Shown here one piece after another: positions 28,139 through 37,777 of a stretch of DNA of 64,000 nt. Origin of the DNA: an uncultured Acidimicrobiia bacterium (GTDB lineage Bacteria > Acidobacteriota > Terriglobia > Versatilivoradales > Versatilivoraceae); assembly GCA_963786955.1 (NCBI GenBank), contig CAWBAT010000007.1, positions 160,001-224,000 of the forward strand, written 5' to 3'. The notes under the pieces are model-generated. The model searched no databases. It saw nothing but the letters and a program-made list of their open reading frames with translations, and was not told the DNA's origin. The position numbers and the translations under genes were made by a program. How positions within the stretch are numbered: the first letter of the stretch is position 1; every line of letters starts with the position of its first letter.

Positions 28139-29409
28139 TTCATCCCTTCTTTGGCAGGAGACATGTTTTGTCCTGAATGTGAAGTGACCGCGGCCCGAAC
28201 TCTCTCAGCCACAAGAGTAACCTGTGATTCGGAAAGGCTCTCATAGATCGGGAGCTGCACTGCGTTGGCTGCACGTTCCGCCCCTGTGGCACGGGAATTC
28301 GTGCCAAACAAGGGAAGCTGTGTGCAGAGGTCGACGTGCAGCGTCTCGACGTCAACACCTCGCCGGATGCAGCGTCTCACGAGGTCGTCCCGATCCGGTA
28401 CGTAGACGCAGTATTGATAGTAAACGTGCTGTCTCTCGGGCGGTACCTTGGGAGGCACCACTCCAGGAAGGTCTTTCAGTATCTGGTCCATCATTCGAGC
28501 ATGCGATTGGGTTCTGCTGGTCCATTCCTCCAGATGCTCCAGCCCCGCCAGACCCAGGGTTGCCTGAACGTTTGAATACTTCCGAGTGTAGGAACTGGGC
28601 AGCGGCGAGAGGGGCTGTATCTTTTCCCACAAGTAGACGTCGGGCCGTGCGTTCAACCAGGATGCGCCGTAAAGGATAGGGAAGGCGGAGAAAGTAAACG
28701 CGGCGGGTCGAGTCAAGATCCTTTGAATTCTCCCCTGGAGAAACCTTTTCAAAATCTCTTTGGGAAGAGGATCGGGCTCAGCAGTCGCCAAATCAGCTAC
28801 GCGCTTGGCAAGAGACGACTCTCTTACAACCGCCATCCCTCCACCGTAAGTGTTTAATGGCTTCAAGGTTTGAAAGCTAAAGAAACTGGCATCACTTAAA
28901 GTCCCAACTTTTTGCCCTTTGTAAGTTGCCCCTAGCGAATGAGCGCAATCCTCAATAACCGCTAATTGTCTTCTTCTCGCAATTGAAAGGATCGAGTCCA
29001 TGTCACAAGGCAAGCCGTAGAGATGCGTGGGTACAACCGCCACGGTATCCGCCGTGACAGCACGTTCGAAAGCTTCTGGATCCAAGTTAAACGTCTCCGC
29101 ATCAATATCGACGAAGACTGGCTTGAAGCCAGCCACTCGCGCCAGTTCCGGGATAACCCAAAAGGTTAGTGCGGGGAAAATAATCTCGGAACCTGGAGGG
29201 AATTGAAACGCCTTGAGGATGTAAAGGAAGGCCATTCGGCCATAAGAGGTGGCAATGGCATGGCTTCCGCCCAAACGCTTTGCAAAGGCCTTTTCAAATA
29301 ACGCAATGGAAGGACCTCGGATCAGCTCATCTCGTTTCTTGCACTCCGCAATGATTTGCTCTGTGTTGGGAATGACTCTCGGGCCATACCGGGAAATTGC
29401 CTTCAACAT
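28135..29409 (-). CDS. DegT/DnrJ/EryC1/StrS-family PLP aminotransferase
   Basis: FEKAFA, PVFVD, PTHLYGLPCDM, VIEDCAHSLG, SFQTLK (PLP lysine), GGG, QLPIY. Confidence 0.92.
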   Translation of the reverse strand: MLKAISRYGPRVIPNTEQIIAECKKRDELIRGPSIALFEKAFAKRLGGSHAIATSYGRMAFLYILKAFQFPPGSEIIFPALTFWVIPELARVAGFKPVFVDIDAETFNLDPEAFERAVTADTVAVVPTHLYGLPCDMDSILSIARRRQLAVIEDCAHSLGATYKGQKVGTLSDASFFSFQTLKPLNTYGGGMAVVRESSLAKRVADLATAEPDPLPKEILKRFLQGRIQRILTRPAAFTFSAFPILYGASWLNARPDVYLWEKIQPLSPLPSSYTRKYSNVQATLGLAGLEHLEEWTSRTQSHARMMDQILKDLPGVVPPKVPPERQHVYYQYCVYVPDRDDLVRRCIRRGVDVETLHVDLCTQLPLFGTNSRATGAERAANAVQLPIYESLSESQVTLVAERVRAAVTSHSGQNMSPAKEGMK

Positions 29410-30800
29410 TCCACTTGCCTTGACATGACTTCCAACTCCTTTCGAGTATGGATCTCTTGCGCCTTCACGTCTAATTTTCTGGCGAAATTTTGAACGAACG
29501 CATTATTCAGGCGCCAGATATTGGCCACGAAAGAGGGTCTCATGAAAAAACGCGCAAAAGCGGCGCCAAGTAAAAAGGAGAGTTCCTCCGGTTTCAGATT
29601 GGGGTGTTTGAATGTTGGCGTATATCCATTGAATTTTTCCCAATCCTTCTCATAGACTAAAGGCTCTATCTGTTTCCATAAAGGAGTACCGGGATATGGG
29701 GTCAGTAATTTGAATAGGGCATAGGTGGAATCCAAGCTTATCGAATACTCGATGGTGGCGGAAATAGAGCTCCACGTGTCGGTCAAGAACCCGAGAACGT
29801 AAAAGGCGACCGTCCCAATCCCCATGCGCTTACAGGTTGCAATAATGGCTTTGGCGTGCGCGGGGGCGATGGGGGTTCGTGCGACTTTTCGCAGAATCTC
29901 GGGTGACACCGACTCGACTCCGAAATTGATGCGTCTGAGTCCGGACGCATACAGTTTCTTCAAGAGGTCTTCATCCAGGCGGTCCAGCCGGGTCTCACAT
30001 TCATAATGTAACTTGAGCTTTCGAAACTGGATCTCATCAGCCAAGTGGACGCAACGCTCCCTTTGGAAAGTAAACAGAGGATCACGAAAAACGACATAGG
30101 GATTGGGATGCCGCTCACACAATGCCTCCAGTTCATCTACGATGTTCTTGACGCTGCGTGCCCGATAGCTTGCAAGGATGCGGTGTGGACAATAGGTGCA
30201 GAACTCCGGGCAACTCCGGCTGGACATCAAGGAAAAAGAGCCCCCGCCGAGTTGGTCTCTTAGACCGATTTTTTGCCAGACGTCCGGAATCTTCTCAATC
30301 AGATCCCAGCGGGCATAAGGGATTGAATCCAGATCTGCGATGGCGGGGCTTGGCGTTAACCCGCCTAAGGTCTCACCAGCAGCCAAACGCATGATGGCGG
30401 CTTCGGGTTCGCCTTGAATCACGAAGTCTGAATGATCCAGGAAGAGTTGAGAAAGCTTGGAAGCTGCCAAGCCGACGAAACCGACGCGAACCCCTTTTTG
30501 CCGTGCCTCGTCGGCCCACCTGGTCTCGTGCTTGTAATCCACCAGAGACGATAAAACAATGGCCACATCTGCTTCGACCAGCTTGTCGGATGTGGCGACG
30601 ACCTCATGACCCGCTTCCGCCAAAATTCCTGCAATGGTCGCCATTTGAACGCTGGGCACCTGATGAAAATTGCGTTTAAAGTGGCAATATAGCCTGGTTG
30701 TTTTTGAAAAAGGGCTCATCCTTGAGCCATAACCACCAACCACAGTATCTTTGACGACATATCCATGTTTTGACATCAAGTCAGCCAAAAGAATCCGCAT
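29403..30800 (-). CDS. Radical SAM enzyme with N-terminal B12-binding-like domain
   Basis: SRSCPEFCTYC (CxxxCxxC), DFVIQGEPE, DLDSIPYARWDL, FRDPLFT, FGVES, TPYPGTPL. Confidence 0.9.
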   Translation of the reverse strand: MRILLADLMSKHGYVVKDTVVGGYGSRMSPFSKTTRLYCHFKRNFHQVPSVQMATIAGILAEAGHEVVATSDKLVEADVAIVLSSLVDYKHETRWADEARQKGVRVGFVGLAASKLSQLFLDHSDFVIQGEPEAAIMRLAAGETLGGLTPSPAIADLDSIPYARWDLIEKIPDVWQKIGLRDQLGGGSFSLMSSRSCPEFCTYCPHRILASYRARSVKNIVDELEALCERHPNPYVVFRDPLFTFQRERCVHLADEIQFRKLKLHYECETRLDRLDEDLLKKLYASGLRRINFGVESVSPEILRKVARTPIAPAHAKAIIATCKRMGIGTVAFYVLGFLTDTWSSISATIEYSISLDSTYALFKLLTPYPGTPLWKQIEPLVYEKDWEKFNGYTPTFKHPNLKPEELSFLLGAAFARFFMRPSFVANIWRLNNAFVQNFARKLDVKAQEIHTRKELEVMSRQVEC

Positions 30801-31009
30801 TATTCCCTCTCATTTCGAATGGCATTAGATTGTGTATCGAGGAAGAACATTTGCAAATCTGCTCTTCGTGAATGCTTAATTTTCAGTAGGAAGTCATAAA
30901 GCCACTTCCCATGACATCGGAAAGGAGACCCATTAGATCCGCCAAGAAACACAGATTCAACGTCTAGAACGGTGAACCCTGTTATTCAGGCGAATCTCGC
31001 CTGTTCTTA

Positions 31010-31438
31010 TTAGGCTGTCGGAGTTTCGGGAGTCAAAGAAGGGGGTGGCCGATCAAAAAGGAAGAGAACAATTCCGTGCTGCACATGTTCAACCCTGGTT
31101 TCGGGGATTAGGATTTCGCAAAGGTCGCTTGGGACCAGAAGATCACAAATCTCCAAACACGCCGAAGGGATAGCTTCATCGTCACCATCGAAATCCTCGT
31201 CAATCGTCGAGTAAAACTCAAGAATTCGAAAGGAAAATTGAAAGTTGGAGCGAACCGGTCGAACGGCGTCAAAAACACTGATTTCCTCGAATGATCTCAG
31301 GGTTGGAACTCTGTCTTCGGCCAAACGAATGGGCGTGCATTGAGCTGCCAAAAGGAAGAACAAAAGTAAAGAAAAGGCCCAGAATGCTGAGGGCAGGTGT
31401 TCTTGGAAGAATCGCTTCGGGATAAAGAACTGTGTCAT
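31010..31438 (-). CDS. Putative leader/arrest peptide: N-terminal TM, acidic linker, C-terminal RPPP
   Basis: AFWAFSLLLFFLLAA, DEDFDGDDE, FLFDRPPP ending 9 residues before the stop; upstream of and co-oriented with the radical SAM operon. Confidence 0.55.
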   Translation of the reverse strand: MTQFFIPKRFFQEHLPSAFWAFSLLLFFLLAAQCTPIRLAEDRVPTLRSFEEISVFDAVRPVRSNFQFSFRILEFYSTIDEDFDGDDEAIPSACLEICDLLVPSDLCEILIPETRVEHVQHGIVLFLFDRPPPSLTPETPTA

Positions 31439-31629
31439 GATGAGTTTCTCACGCTCAACACAGGCTCAAGTGTCATTCGCTGGAGCCTGTCCAAATTCTT
31501 CTGCCCAAAGGCTATGCTATTGAAATGCTTGGAACTTAGCACACACTCAACACTAGTCCAATCCATTGGGAGTGTCAACCTGGAAACGACCTGAAAAGGA
31601 CGCAGTGGCAGAACTTGCATCTCATATAA

Positions 31630-31733
31630 TTCTGCTTTGAGGTTCTCCCAACCCAATAGAAAAAAGCCACCATCAGGCAGGGTCGCAAAACGGCATCCTC
31701 GAGCCGTCAAAACCGGGATGATTGATGACTGAA
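31630..31733 (-). pseudogene. Diverged, frameshifted copy of the dedA 3' end (27594-27698)
   Basis: Manual alignment: 53/64 identical over the first 64 bp, homology continuing to TTGATGACTGAA; encodes VLRPCLMVAFFYWVGRTSKQ vs VLPACLIIVFFYWIGKTSKQ. Confidence 0.85.
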
Positions 31734-31761
31734 TCGATATCTACGAAGACGGGCGTGAAAT

Positions 31762-34700
31762 TCACTCTGCCGGGATCTCAACTCCAGCGGTTGCAGGGCG
31801 GCGCCGAAATATCGTCCCGACCTTCTTCTGGAAGGAATCCAAATAGATGTAATAAACGGGAGTGATATACAGGGTAATCAGCTGAGAAACCACCAAGCCG
31901 CCTACCACGGCAAGACCCAGGGGGCGCCGCGCTTCTGAGCCCGCGCCAAAGCCAAGCGCAATGGGCAGAGTGCCCATCAGGGCAGCCACAGTGGTCATCA
32001 TGATGGGACGGAAGCGAACGAGGCAGCCTTCGTAGATCGCATCCACAGTATTCTTTCCTTCGATTCTTTCTGCCTCCAAGGCGAAGTCAATCATCATGAT
32101 GGCGTTTTTCTTAACAATACCGATCAGCATGATGATTCCGACAAACCCGTAAAGGTCGAGCGGATATTTGAAGTACATCAGCGTGAGGATGGCTCCCAGC
32201 CCGGCCGAGGGCAGACCTGAAAGAATGGTCAGAGGGTGAATTAAGCTCTCATAAAGGACACCGAGCAAGACGTAAATCACCATTATAGTTAGCGTCAGTA
32301 AGAGGCCCAGGCCGACGAGCGATGCTTGATAAGCCTGGGCCTCTCCCTGAAAGCTAGCGCTGATTGCACCTGACAAAGTGTTACGCGCGAGGTTCTCTAC
32401 GTCCTTCACGGCGTCACCCAAGGCGACGCCGGGCTTGAGTCCGAAACTAAGCGTGACAGAGGGGAGCTGTCCTGTATGGTTGATCACGAGAGGCCCTAAG
32501 CTTTGAGTTAACCTGGCCACAGCACTCAGGGCCACTAGTTGACCGGTCGAAGACCGGATATAAAGCGAGGAAAGAGTGGTCGGGTCTCTTTGGTACTGGG
32601 GCTCAAGCTCCATGATGACTTTGTACTCATTGTCAGGTCTAAAGATAGTTGAAACCTGCCGGTCGCCAAAAGCGGAGGCAAGAGCGTCTTCCACCTGAAA
32701 AGCCGTAACGCCCAGGGCTGAGGCCTTGTCGCGGTCGATTTCGACATTCACTTGAGGGTTTGCGATCTGGAGGTCGGTGTTGACATCTTGAAGAGATTGA
32801 ATCTGGCTCATTGCAGACAAGAGTTTTCCGGACTCCCTGTAGAGTTGCTGGGAGTCTGTGCCTTGCAGGGTAAACTGATAAGGGCTCTTGGTAAGCCGGC
32901 CCCCGATTTCAATGGCCGGTGGGTTTTGCATGAAAGCCATTATTCCCGGGACCGTCATGAGCTTTGGACGCAAATAGTTGATAACCTCGTCCGTACTCAT
33001 ACGGCGCACAGGATGAGGCTTAAGATGGCAGAAAAAGATACCTGAGTTTCCGGCGGATCCGGCAAAACCTGCGCCAGCCAAAGAAAACGTGGTTTCAACA
33101 TTGGGGTCCTGAGTCACGATGGAGGTTATGGCCAATTGGTGCTCCCTCATCGAGTCAACGGAAATGCCCTGCGCCGCCTGCGTGAAACCAATAATTAGAC
33201 CGGAATCTTCACTCGATAGAAACCCCTTGGGAATACGGAAAAAGACGTAAACCGTGGCGATTAAAAGCAACATTGACATTATGAAGGTTAAAAAGCGATG
33301 CCTGAGGACCCCTCTAAGACTCCAGTCATAGGCTCTAAGCCAAACCTGAAAAAACCGTTCTGAGGCGGCATACACGCGACCATGCTTCTCCGTGCCGGGT
33401 GGACGGACGAATCGGCTGCAAAGCATAGGTGTGAGAGTAAGGGAAACAAAGCCCGAAACCAGAACCGCCGTGGCGATGGTTACAGCAAATTCGTGGAGAA
33501 GGCGGCCCAGGATTCCTCCTAAGAAGAGGACTGGGATAAAGACGGCAGCCAAGGAAAGCGTCATGGAGAGAATTGTAAAGCTGATCTCTTTTGAGCCGTT
33601 GAGCGCAGCTTCAAGAACTCCTTCCCCTCGTTCCATATGCCGGACAATGTTCTCCAGCATGACGATGGCATCGTCCACCACGAATCCTACAGAAAGGGTC
33701 AATGCCATGAGCGATAAATTGTCTACCGTGTACCCGAGGAGATACATGACCGCAAAGGTGCCAATGATGGATACCGGGAGCGCCAGGCTGGGTATGACCG
33801 TAGCCGACAGGTTCCGGAGGAAGAGAAAGATGACCATGACCACGAGGGCGACGGTGAGATAAAGTGTAAACTTGACGTCCTCGATCGAGTCGCGAATGGT
33901 TTTGGATCGGTCATAGAGAATGTCCATGTGCACTGAAGCGGGGATTTGTGACCGGAAGCTGGGGAGCAACTTCTTGATGTTATCCACTACCTCGACCGTG
34001 TTTGTGCCGGGCTGGCGGCGGATTGCAAGGACTTCCGCCCGGGTGGTATTAAACCAGTTGGCGACCTTGTTATTCTGGACACTGTCGATAACCCGGCCAA
34101 GTTGTTCGAGCCGCACGGGGGAACCGTTGCGATAAGCGACAATCAAAGGACGGTAGGCTGCCGCGTCGGTAAGCTGGCCAGTGGCTTGTAAGCTAAAGGC
34201 TTTGTGGGCACCGGTCAGCAGTCCGGTCGGAAGGTTCACATTGCCGCGTTGAATTGACGCTGTCACTTCATCAATACCGATGCCGCGGGCATTGAGCGCT
34301 TTGGGATCAAGCTGAACGCGCACGGCGTACTTTTGTTCACCATAAACCTGAACCTGGGCCACTCCCTTCACCATCGAAATACGTTGTGCCATGAGGGTGT
34401 CTGCGTATTTGTGCACCGTGGAGAGAGGAAGTGTGGGGGAGCTGACTGACATGTAAATGATCGGCTGGTCGGCGGGATTGACCTTAAAATAGGAGGGCGG
34501 GGCAGGCATATCCCTTGGTAGTTCACCTGCTGCCCCGGAGATCGCGGCCTGCACGTCTTGCGCGGCGGCGTCGATATTCCGACTCAGATCGAATTGCAAC
34601 GTGACTGAAGTAAAACCCTGTGTGTTAACCGAACTCATTGAGTCCAGCCCCGCGATTGTGGAAAACTGCCGTTCCAGGGGGATGGCGACAGCAGATGCCA

Positions 34701-34875
34701 TCGTCTCAGCGTTTGCCCCAGGGAGGCTGGCACCCACCTGGATGGTCGGGTAGTCCACGTTCGGAAGGTCGTTGACAGGAAGAAGCCGGTAGGCCAGGAT
34801 GCCGAAAAGTAGAATCGAAGCTGTCACCAGCCCGGTCATGATGGGGCGGCGGATAAAGAGTTCAGCAAGGTTCAT
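31762..34875 (-). CDS. RND efflux permease (MdtB/MdtC-like)
   Basis: FIRRPI, KVNPADQPI, GFVVDDAIVMLENI, GIVKKNAIMMIDFA, RFRPIMMTT; 1037 aa. Confidence 0.96.
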   Translation of the reverse strand: MNLAELFIRRPIMTGLVTASILLFGILAYRLLPVNDLPNVDYPTIQVGASLPGANAETMASAVAIPLERQFSTIAGLDSMSSVNTQGFTSVTLQFDLSRNIDAAAQDVQAAISGAAGELPRDMPAPPSYFKVNPADQPIIYMSVSSPTLPLSTVHKYADTLMAQRISMVKGVAQVQVYGEQKYAVRVQLDPKALNARGIGIDEVTASIQRGNVNLPTGLLTGAHKAFSLQATGQLTDAAAYRPLIVAYRNGSPVRLEQLGRVIDSVQNNKVANWFNTTRAEVLAIRRQPGTNTVEVVDNIKKLLPSFRSQIPASVHMDILYDRSKTIRDSIEDVKFTLYLTVALVVMVIFLFLRNLSATVIPSLALPVSIIGTFAVMYLLGYTVDNLSLMALTLSVGFVVDDAIVMLENIVRHMERGEGVLEAALNGSKEISFTILSMTLSLAAVFIPVLFLGGILGRLLHEFAVTIATAVLVSGFVSLTLTPMLCSRFVRPPGTEKHGRVYAASERFFQVWLRAYDWSLRGVLRHRFLTFIMSMLLLIATVYVFFRIPKGFLSSEDSGLIIGFTQAAQGISVDSMREHQLAITSIVTQDPNVETTFSLAGAGFAGSAGNSGIFFCHLKPHPVRRMSTDEVINYLRPKLMTVPGIMAFMQNPPAIEIGGRLTKSPYQFTLQGTDSQQLYRESGKLLSAMSQIQSLQDVNTDLQIANPQVNVEIDRDKASALGVTAFQVEDALASAFGDRQVSTIFRPDNEYKVIMELEPQYQRDPTTLSSLYIRSSTGQLVALSAVARLTQSLGPLVINHTGQLPSVTLSFGLKPGVALGDAVKDVENLARNTLSGAISASFQGEAQAYQASLVGLGLLLTLTIMVIYVLLGVLYESLIHPLTILSGLPSAGLGAILTLMYFKYPLDLYGFVGIIMLIGIVKKNAIMMIDFALEAERIEGKNTVDAIYEGCLVRFRPIMMTTVAALMGTLPIALGFGAGSEARRPLGLAVVGGLVVSQLITLYITPVYYIYLDSFQKKVGTIFRRRPATAGVEIPAE

Positions 34876-34884
34876 GCGGCTGCC

Positions 34885-36066
34885 TTATTCCGACTTCGAG
34901 TTGCCAACTTCGCCAGAATTCAAACTCCCTTTCAGTTCCACTTTCGCGCCGGGAAAGAGCAAAAGATGACCGTCCGTCACTACCTTTTCCCCCGGCTGCA
35001 GACCCTTATCAATTACTGTTTCAGCGCCGATCGTTGCTCCTGCGACGACTGGCCTGGAGTCCACGGTGAGGTTCTGGCCAACGACAAAAACATAGTGGCC
35101 AGCCTGCCCGGTCTGCACTGCCTGGGTTGGGGCGACAACAGAGTTGGGCCGAGAAGTGAGTCTCAGAATCACATTAACGAATTGCCCCGGCCATAGGCGC
35201 TTTTCAATATTTTGAAACGTCCCTCGCAAAAGAATGCTTCCCGTCGTGCTATCGACCGTGTTGTTGAAGAAAGTAAGCAGGCCCTGCTCGGGTCGAGACT
35301 CATCCTGGGGCGGGATCGCTTCGATCTTAAGCTTGCCCCGCGCCTGGTATTGCTTGATCTGCTGCAAGTACTGTTCTGGAACGGAAAAGTTGACATAAAG
35401 GGGGCTGACCTGGTTGATCTCGATCAGTGCTGTGTCGTTGGCTTTAACAATGTTTCCCTGGTGAACCAGCAGCTTGCCAGTTCGACCGGTCAGCGGAGAA
35501 TGAATGGAGCAATATGCAAGCTGTATCTTCACATACTCCACCGCCGCTTGATCAGCGCGGACGGCTCCTGCCAGCGCACCGGCGTTGCTACGGAATTGGT
35601 CGTGTTGTTCTCTGGATATCAGTCCGTCTTCATACAGCTTTTGGGCACGATCTGCCTGAGCCTGCGCATTCTTTTCCTGGGCCAGGTCTCGAGCCAAATT
35701 GGCTTCTGCCTGCTTTAGGGCAGAGTCAAAGGGGCGAGGATCGATTGCAAAGAGGAGATCTCCTTCTCGCACATCCTGACCTTCCTGGAAGTAGACGCCG
35801 TGCAATTGCCCGTCCACTTGGGACTTAACGACGACTGTGGAATATGCCTCGCCGTTTCCAATGACGCGTACTTCGATCGGAACAGTCTTTTGAGTCACCG
35901 TTGCAACTGTCACCGGGACCGCAAAATTCATGTCGGCCTGAGCAGCCTCTCCGGGGACACCGTTGCGGGAACAGGCTGGCCCGAACAATACTGCAACGAG
36001 CATGAGAAAGAGCCAAGCCGCTGGTCTGCGTCGGCGAAAATACGTGTTCAAATAATTGAATAACAT
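34885..36066 (-). CDS. RND periplasmic adaptor (MdtA-like MFP)
   Basis: VKSQVDGQL, IDPRPF, IHSPLTGRTG, LWPGQFV, GEKVVTDG; start uncertain. Confidence 0.93.
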   Translation of the reverse strand: MLFNYLNTYFRRRRPAAWLFLMLVAVLFGPACSRNGVPGEAAQADMNFAVPVTVATVTQKTVPIEVRVIGNGEAYSTVVVKSQVDGQLHGVYFQEGQDVREGDLLFAIDPRPFDSALKQAEANLARDLAQEKNAQAQADRAQKLYEDGLISREQHDQFRSNAGALAGAVRADQAAVEYVKIQLAYCSIHSPLTGRTGKLLVHQGNIVKANDTALIEINQVSPLYVNFSVPEQYLQQIKQYQARGKLKIEAIPPQDESRPEQGLLTFFNNTVDSTTGSILLRGTFQNIEKRLWPGQFVNVILRLTSRPNSVVAPTQAVQTGQAGHYVFVVGQNLTVDSRPVVAGATIGAETVIDKGLQPGEKVVTDGHLLLFPGAKVELKGSLNSGEVGNSKSE

Positions 36067-36395
36067 TCCGAACCGAGTCCTCCCTTTCTGCGCGGAGTGT
36101 ATCTCAGCTCCGGCTCGGTGTCTATCAGGACGACCGGGTATGAACCAATCCCGAACTGGCGCTGGGGCGGAGCTTGCATCCATCTAATTCGGAGGCTAAA
36201 ATCAAAAACAGGCCGCCGCTGGGGGGGAATCAAGATAAAACCCACTTTGGCAGGGAAATCATAGGAGGGGTTACTCGGGGGCGACCCGAAGGCTCCGGGT
36301 TGTAGCCGGTCTTGCGCAAGCCAGGTGAGGTCAAGGTAAACCGATGCCACAGTCATTGCAAATTAGGTCCCGCTCTAGCGATATAGGAGGATAAT

Positions 36396-36890
36396 GTGTT
36401 GAATGCTCAAGAAATAGGAACTGCCTTCCTCAGTCAGGCACGATCGCATCTCAAGCATGACTTCATGCCGAAGATCGAGAAATGTTTTGAGCTGATCAAT
36501 GAGAGTGATGTCTGGTGGCGTTCTCATGAAACTAACAACAGCATTGGGAATCTCGCGTTACACCTAGCCGGGAATGTCCGCCAATGGATTATCTCCGGGG
36601 TAGGAGGCCAGCCAGACGTCCGTGAGCGACAAAAGGAATTTGCCCAACGGGAGGCTCTGCCCAAGGAGAAACTTTGGTCCGCCCTAGAGCGTACTGTGGA
36701 AGAATCAGATCAAGTATTGGCAAATTTCCCCGTTGAGAGACTGATGGAAAAAAGAGTCATGCAGGGTTTTGACCAGACGGCATTGCAGGCTATTTTTCAT
36801 GTCGTGGAACACTTCTCCTTCCACACCGGGCAGATCATCTACATCACGAAACTTCGCAAAGGTATTGATCTGAAGTTTTACAATCTTTGA
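36396..36890 (+). CDS. DinB/DUF1572-family protein
   Basis: NSIGNLALHLAGNVRQWI, RERQKEF, HVVEHFSFHTGQI. Confidence 0.9.
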   Translation: MLNAQEIGTAFLSQARSHLKHDFMPKIEKCFELINESDVWWRSHETNNSIGNLALHLAGNVRQWIISGVGGQPDVRERQKEFAQREALPKEKLWSALERTVEESDQVLANFPVERLMEKRVMQGFDQTALQAIFHVVEHFSFHTGQIIYITKLRKGIDLKFYNL

Positions 36891-36902
36891 AGAGACACCG
36901 GA

Positions 36903-37000
36903 AAGCAGAAGGCGGGAAGCGGAATGCAGACGGCATAAGGCAGCAAGCAGAAGGTGGAGAGCAGAGGGCAGAAAGCAGAATGCAGAAATCAAAAGGCAAC
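36903..37000 (+). repeat. Degenerate heptamer tandem repeat, 14 units, consensus ARGCAGA
   Basis: AAGCAGA AGGCGGG AAGCGGA ATGCAGA CGGCATA AGGCAGC AAGCAGA AGGTGGA GAGCAGA GGGCAGA AAGCAGA ATGCAGA AATCAAA AGGCAAC. Confidence 0.85.
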
Positions 37001-37036
37001 AGGGTGAAAGCAGTGGGGCGAAGGCGCTTCCTTCGA

Positions 37037-37537
37037 CTAATGGCTGAAGAATCGCTTGATAGTGCGAGGGAAAGAGGGACTGGTTCGAAGCTGCACTCGA
37101 ATCTCTGTGCTCTGACTCGAAACCACTTGGACTTCGCGAGTCTGGTCACCTAATTGAGGATGACTCACATGGACTCGAAAGCGTCCTGAATCTAGCGTGC
37201 TGCTCACCGCGCCGGACGAGTTCGGTGTCAATGTGGCAACGAGGGTTCCTTGCAGGGTTAAGATTTCAACCGTTGCATCAGGTAAGGCTTTTCCTGTTTT
37301 GGCATCTTGTACAATGGTTACGAGTTCTCCTTTGCCATGCACCGATTTCAAAAGATTCGGAATCGCAATGAGAGCACCGGTGATCGAAATGATGCCAGCG
37401 GCAAGACTGACCAAAGTCTGAACCCTTGAAAGAGACAACTTCAGCCCCTTCCGAGCGCTCCCTGGCGGAATAGGACCCGGTCCTGGACCCTTGCCCTGGT
37501 CTTTCCCTAACCCTAAGATATTGAACCGCTTACTCAT
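37037..37537 (-). CDS. Single-TM protein with carboxypeptidase-regulatory-like beta-sandwich domain
   Basis: TM segment LVSLAAGIISITGALIAI; VQDAKTGKALPDATVEI, LDSGRFRVHVSHP. Confidence 0.7.
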   Translation of the reverse strand: MSKRFNILGLGKDQGKGPGPGPIPPGSARKGLKLSLSRVQTLVSLAAGIISITGALIAIPNLLKSVHGKGELVTIVQDAKTGKALPDATVEILTLQGTLVATLTPNSSGAVSSTLDSGRFRVHVSHPQLGDQTREVQVVSSQSTEIRVQLRTSPSFPRTIKRFFSH

Positions 37538-37777
37538 ATCCCTCTTCCCGCAGCCTACATATTTTGTATCGACAATAACGGGTCTCTTCCGTAATTGAAT
37601 TTTCTCATTTTCTCGCCGTATTGAGGGGGAGGCCCTGCTAGCATTAAAGTTTTCGAGCCGTGGAAGTTTCATAATCGGCTTGCCGATAGAAGTGATAGAA
37701 GTCTCTCGCATTGCTGACCTTGGCAGTGAGCGGGTGGAAAGATTTTCGTGGGGATTGCAAGGAGACAGTTAAGAGAA

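Noticed and set aside
30801-31009. Cobalamin riboswitch before the B12-type radical SAM gene
   Set aside because: No B12-box or GGGAA...GCCCCCGC core is recognisable.
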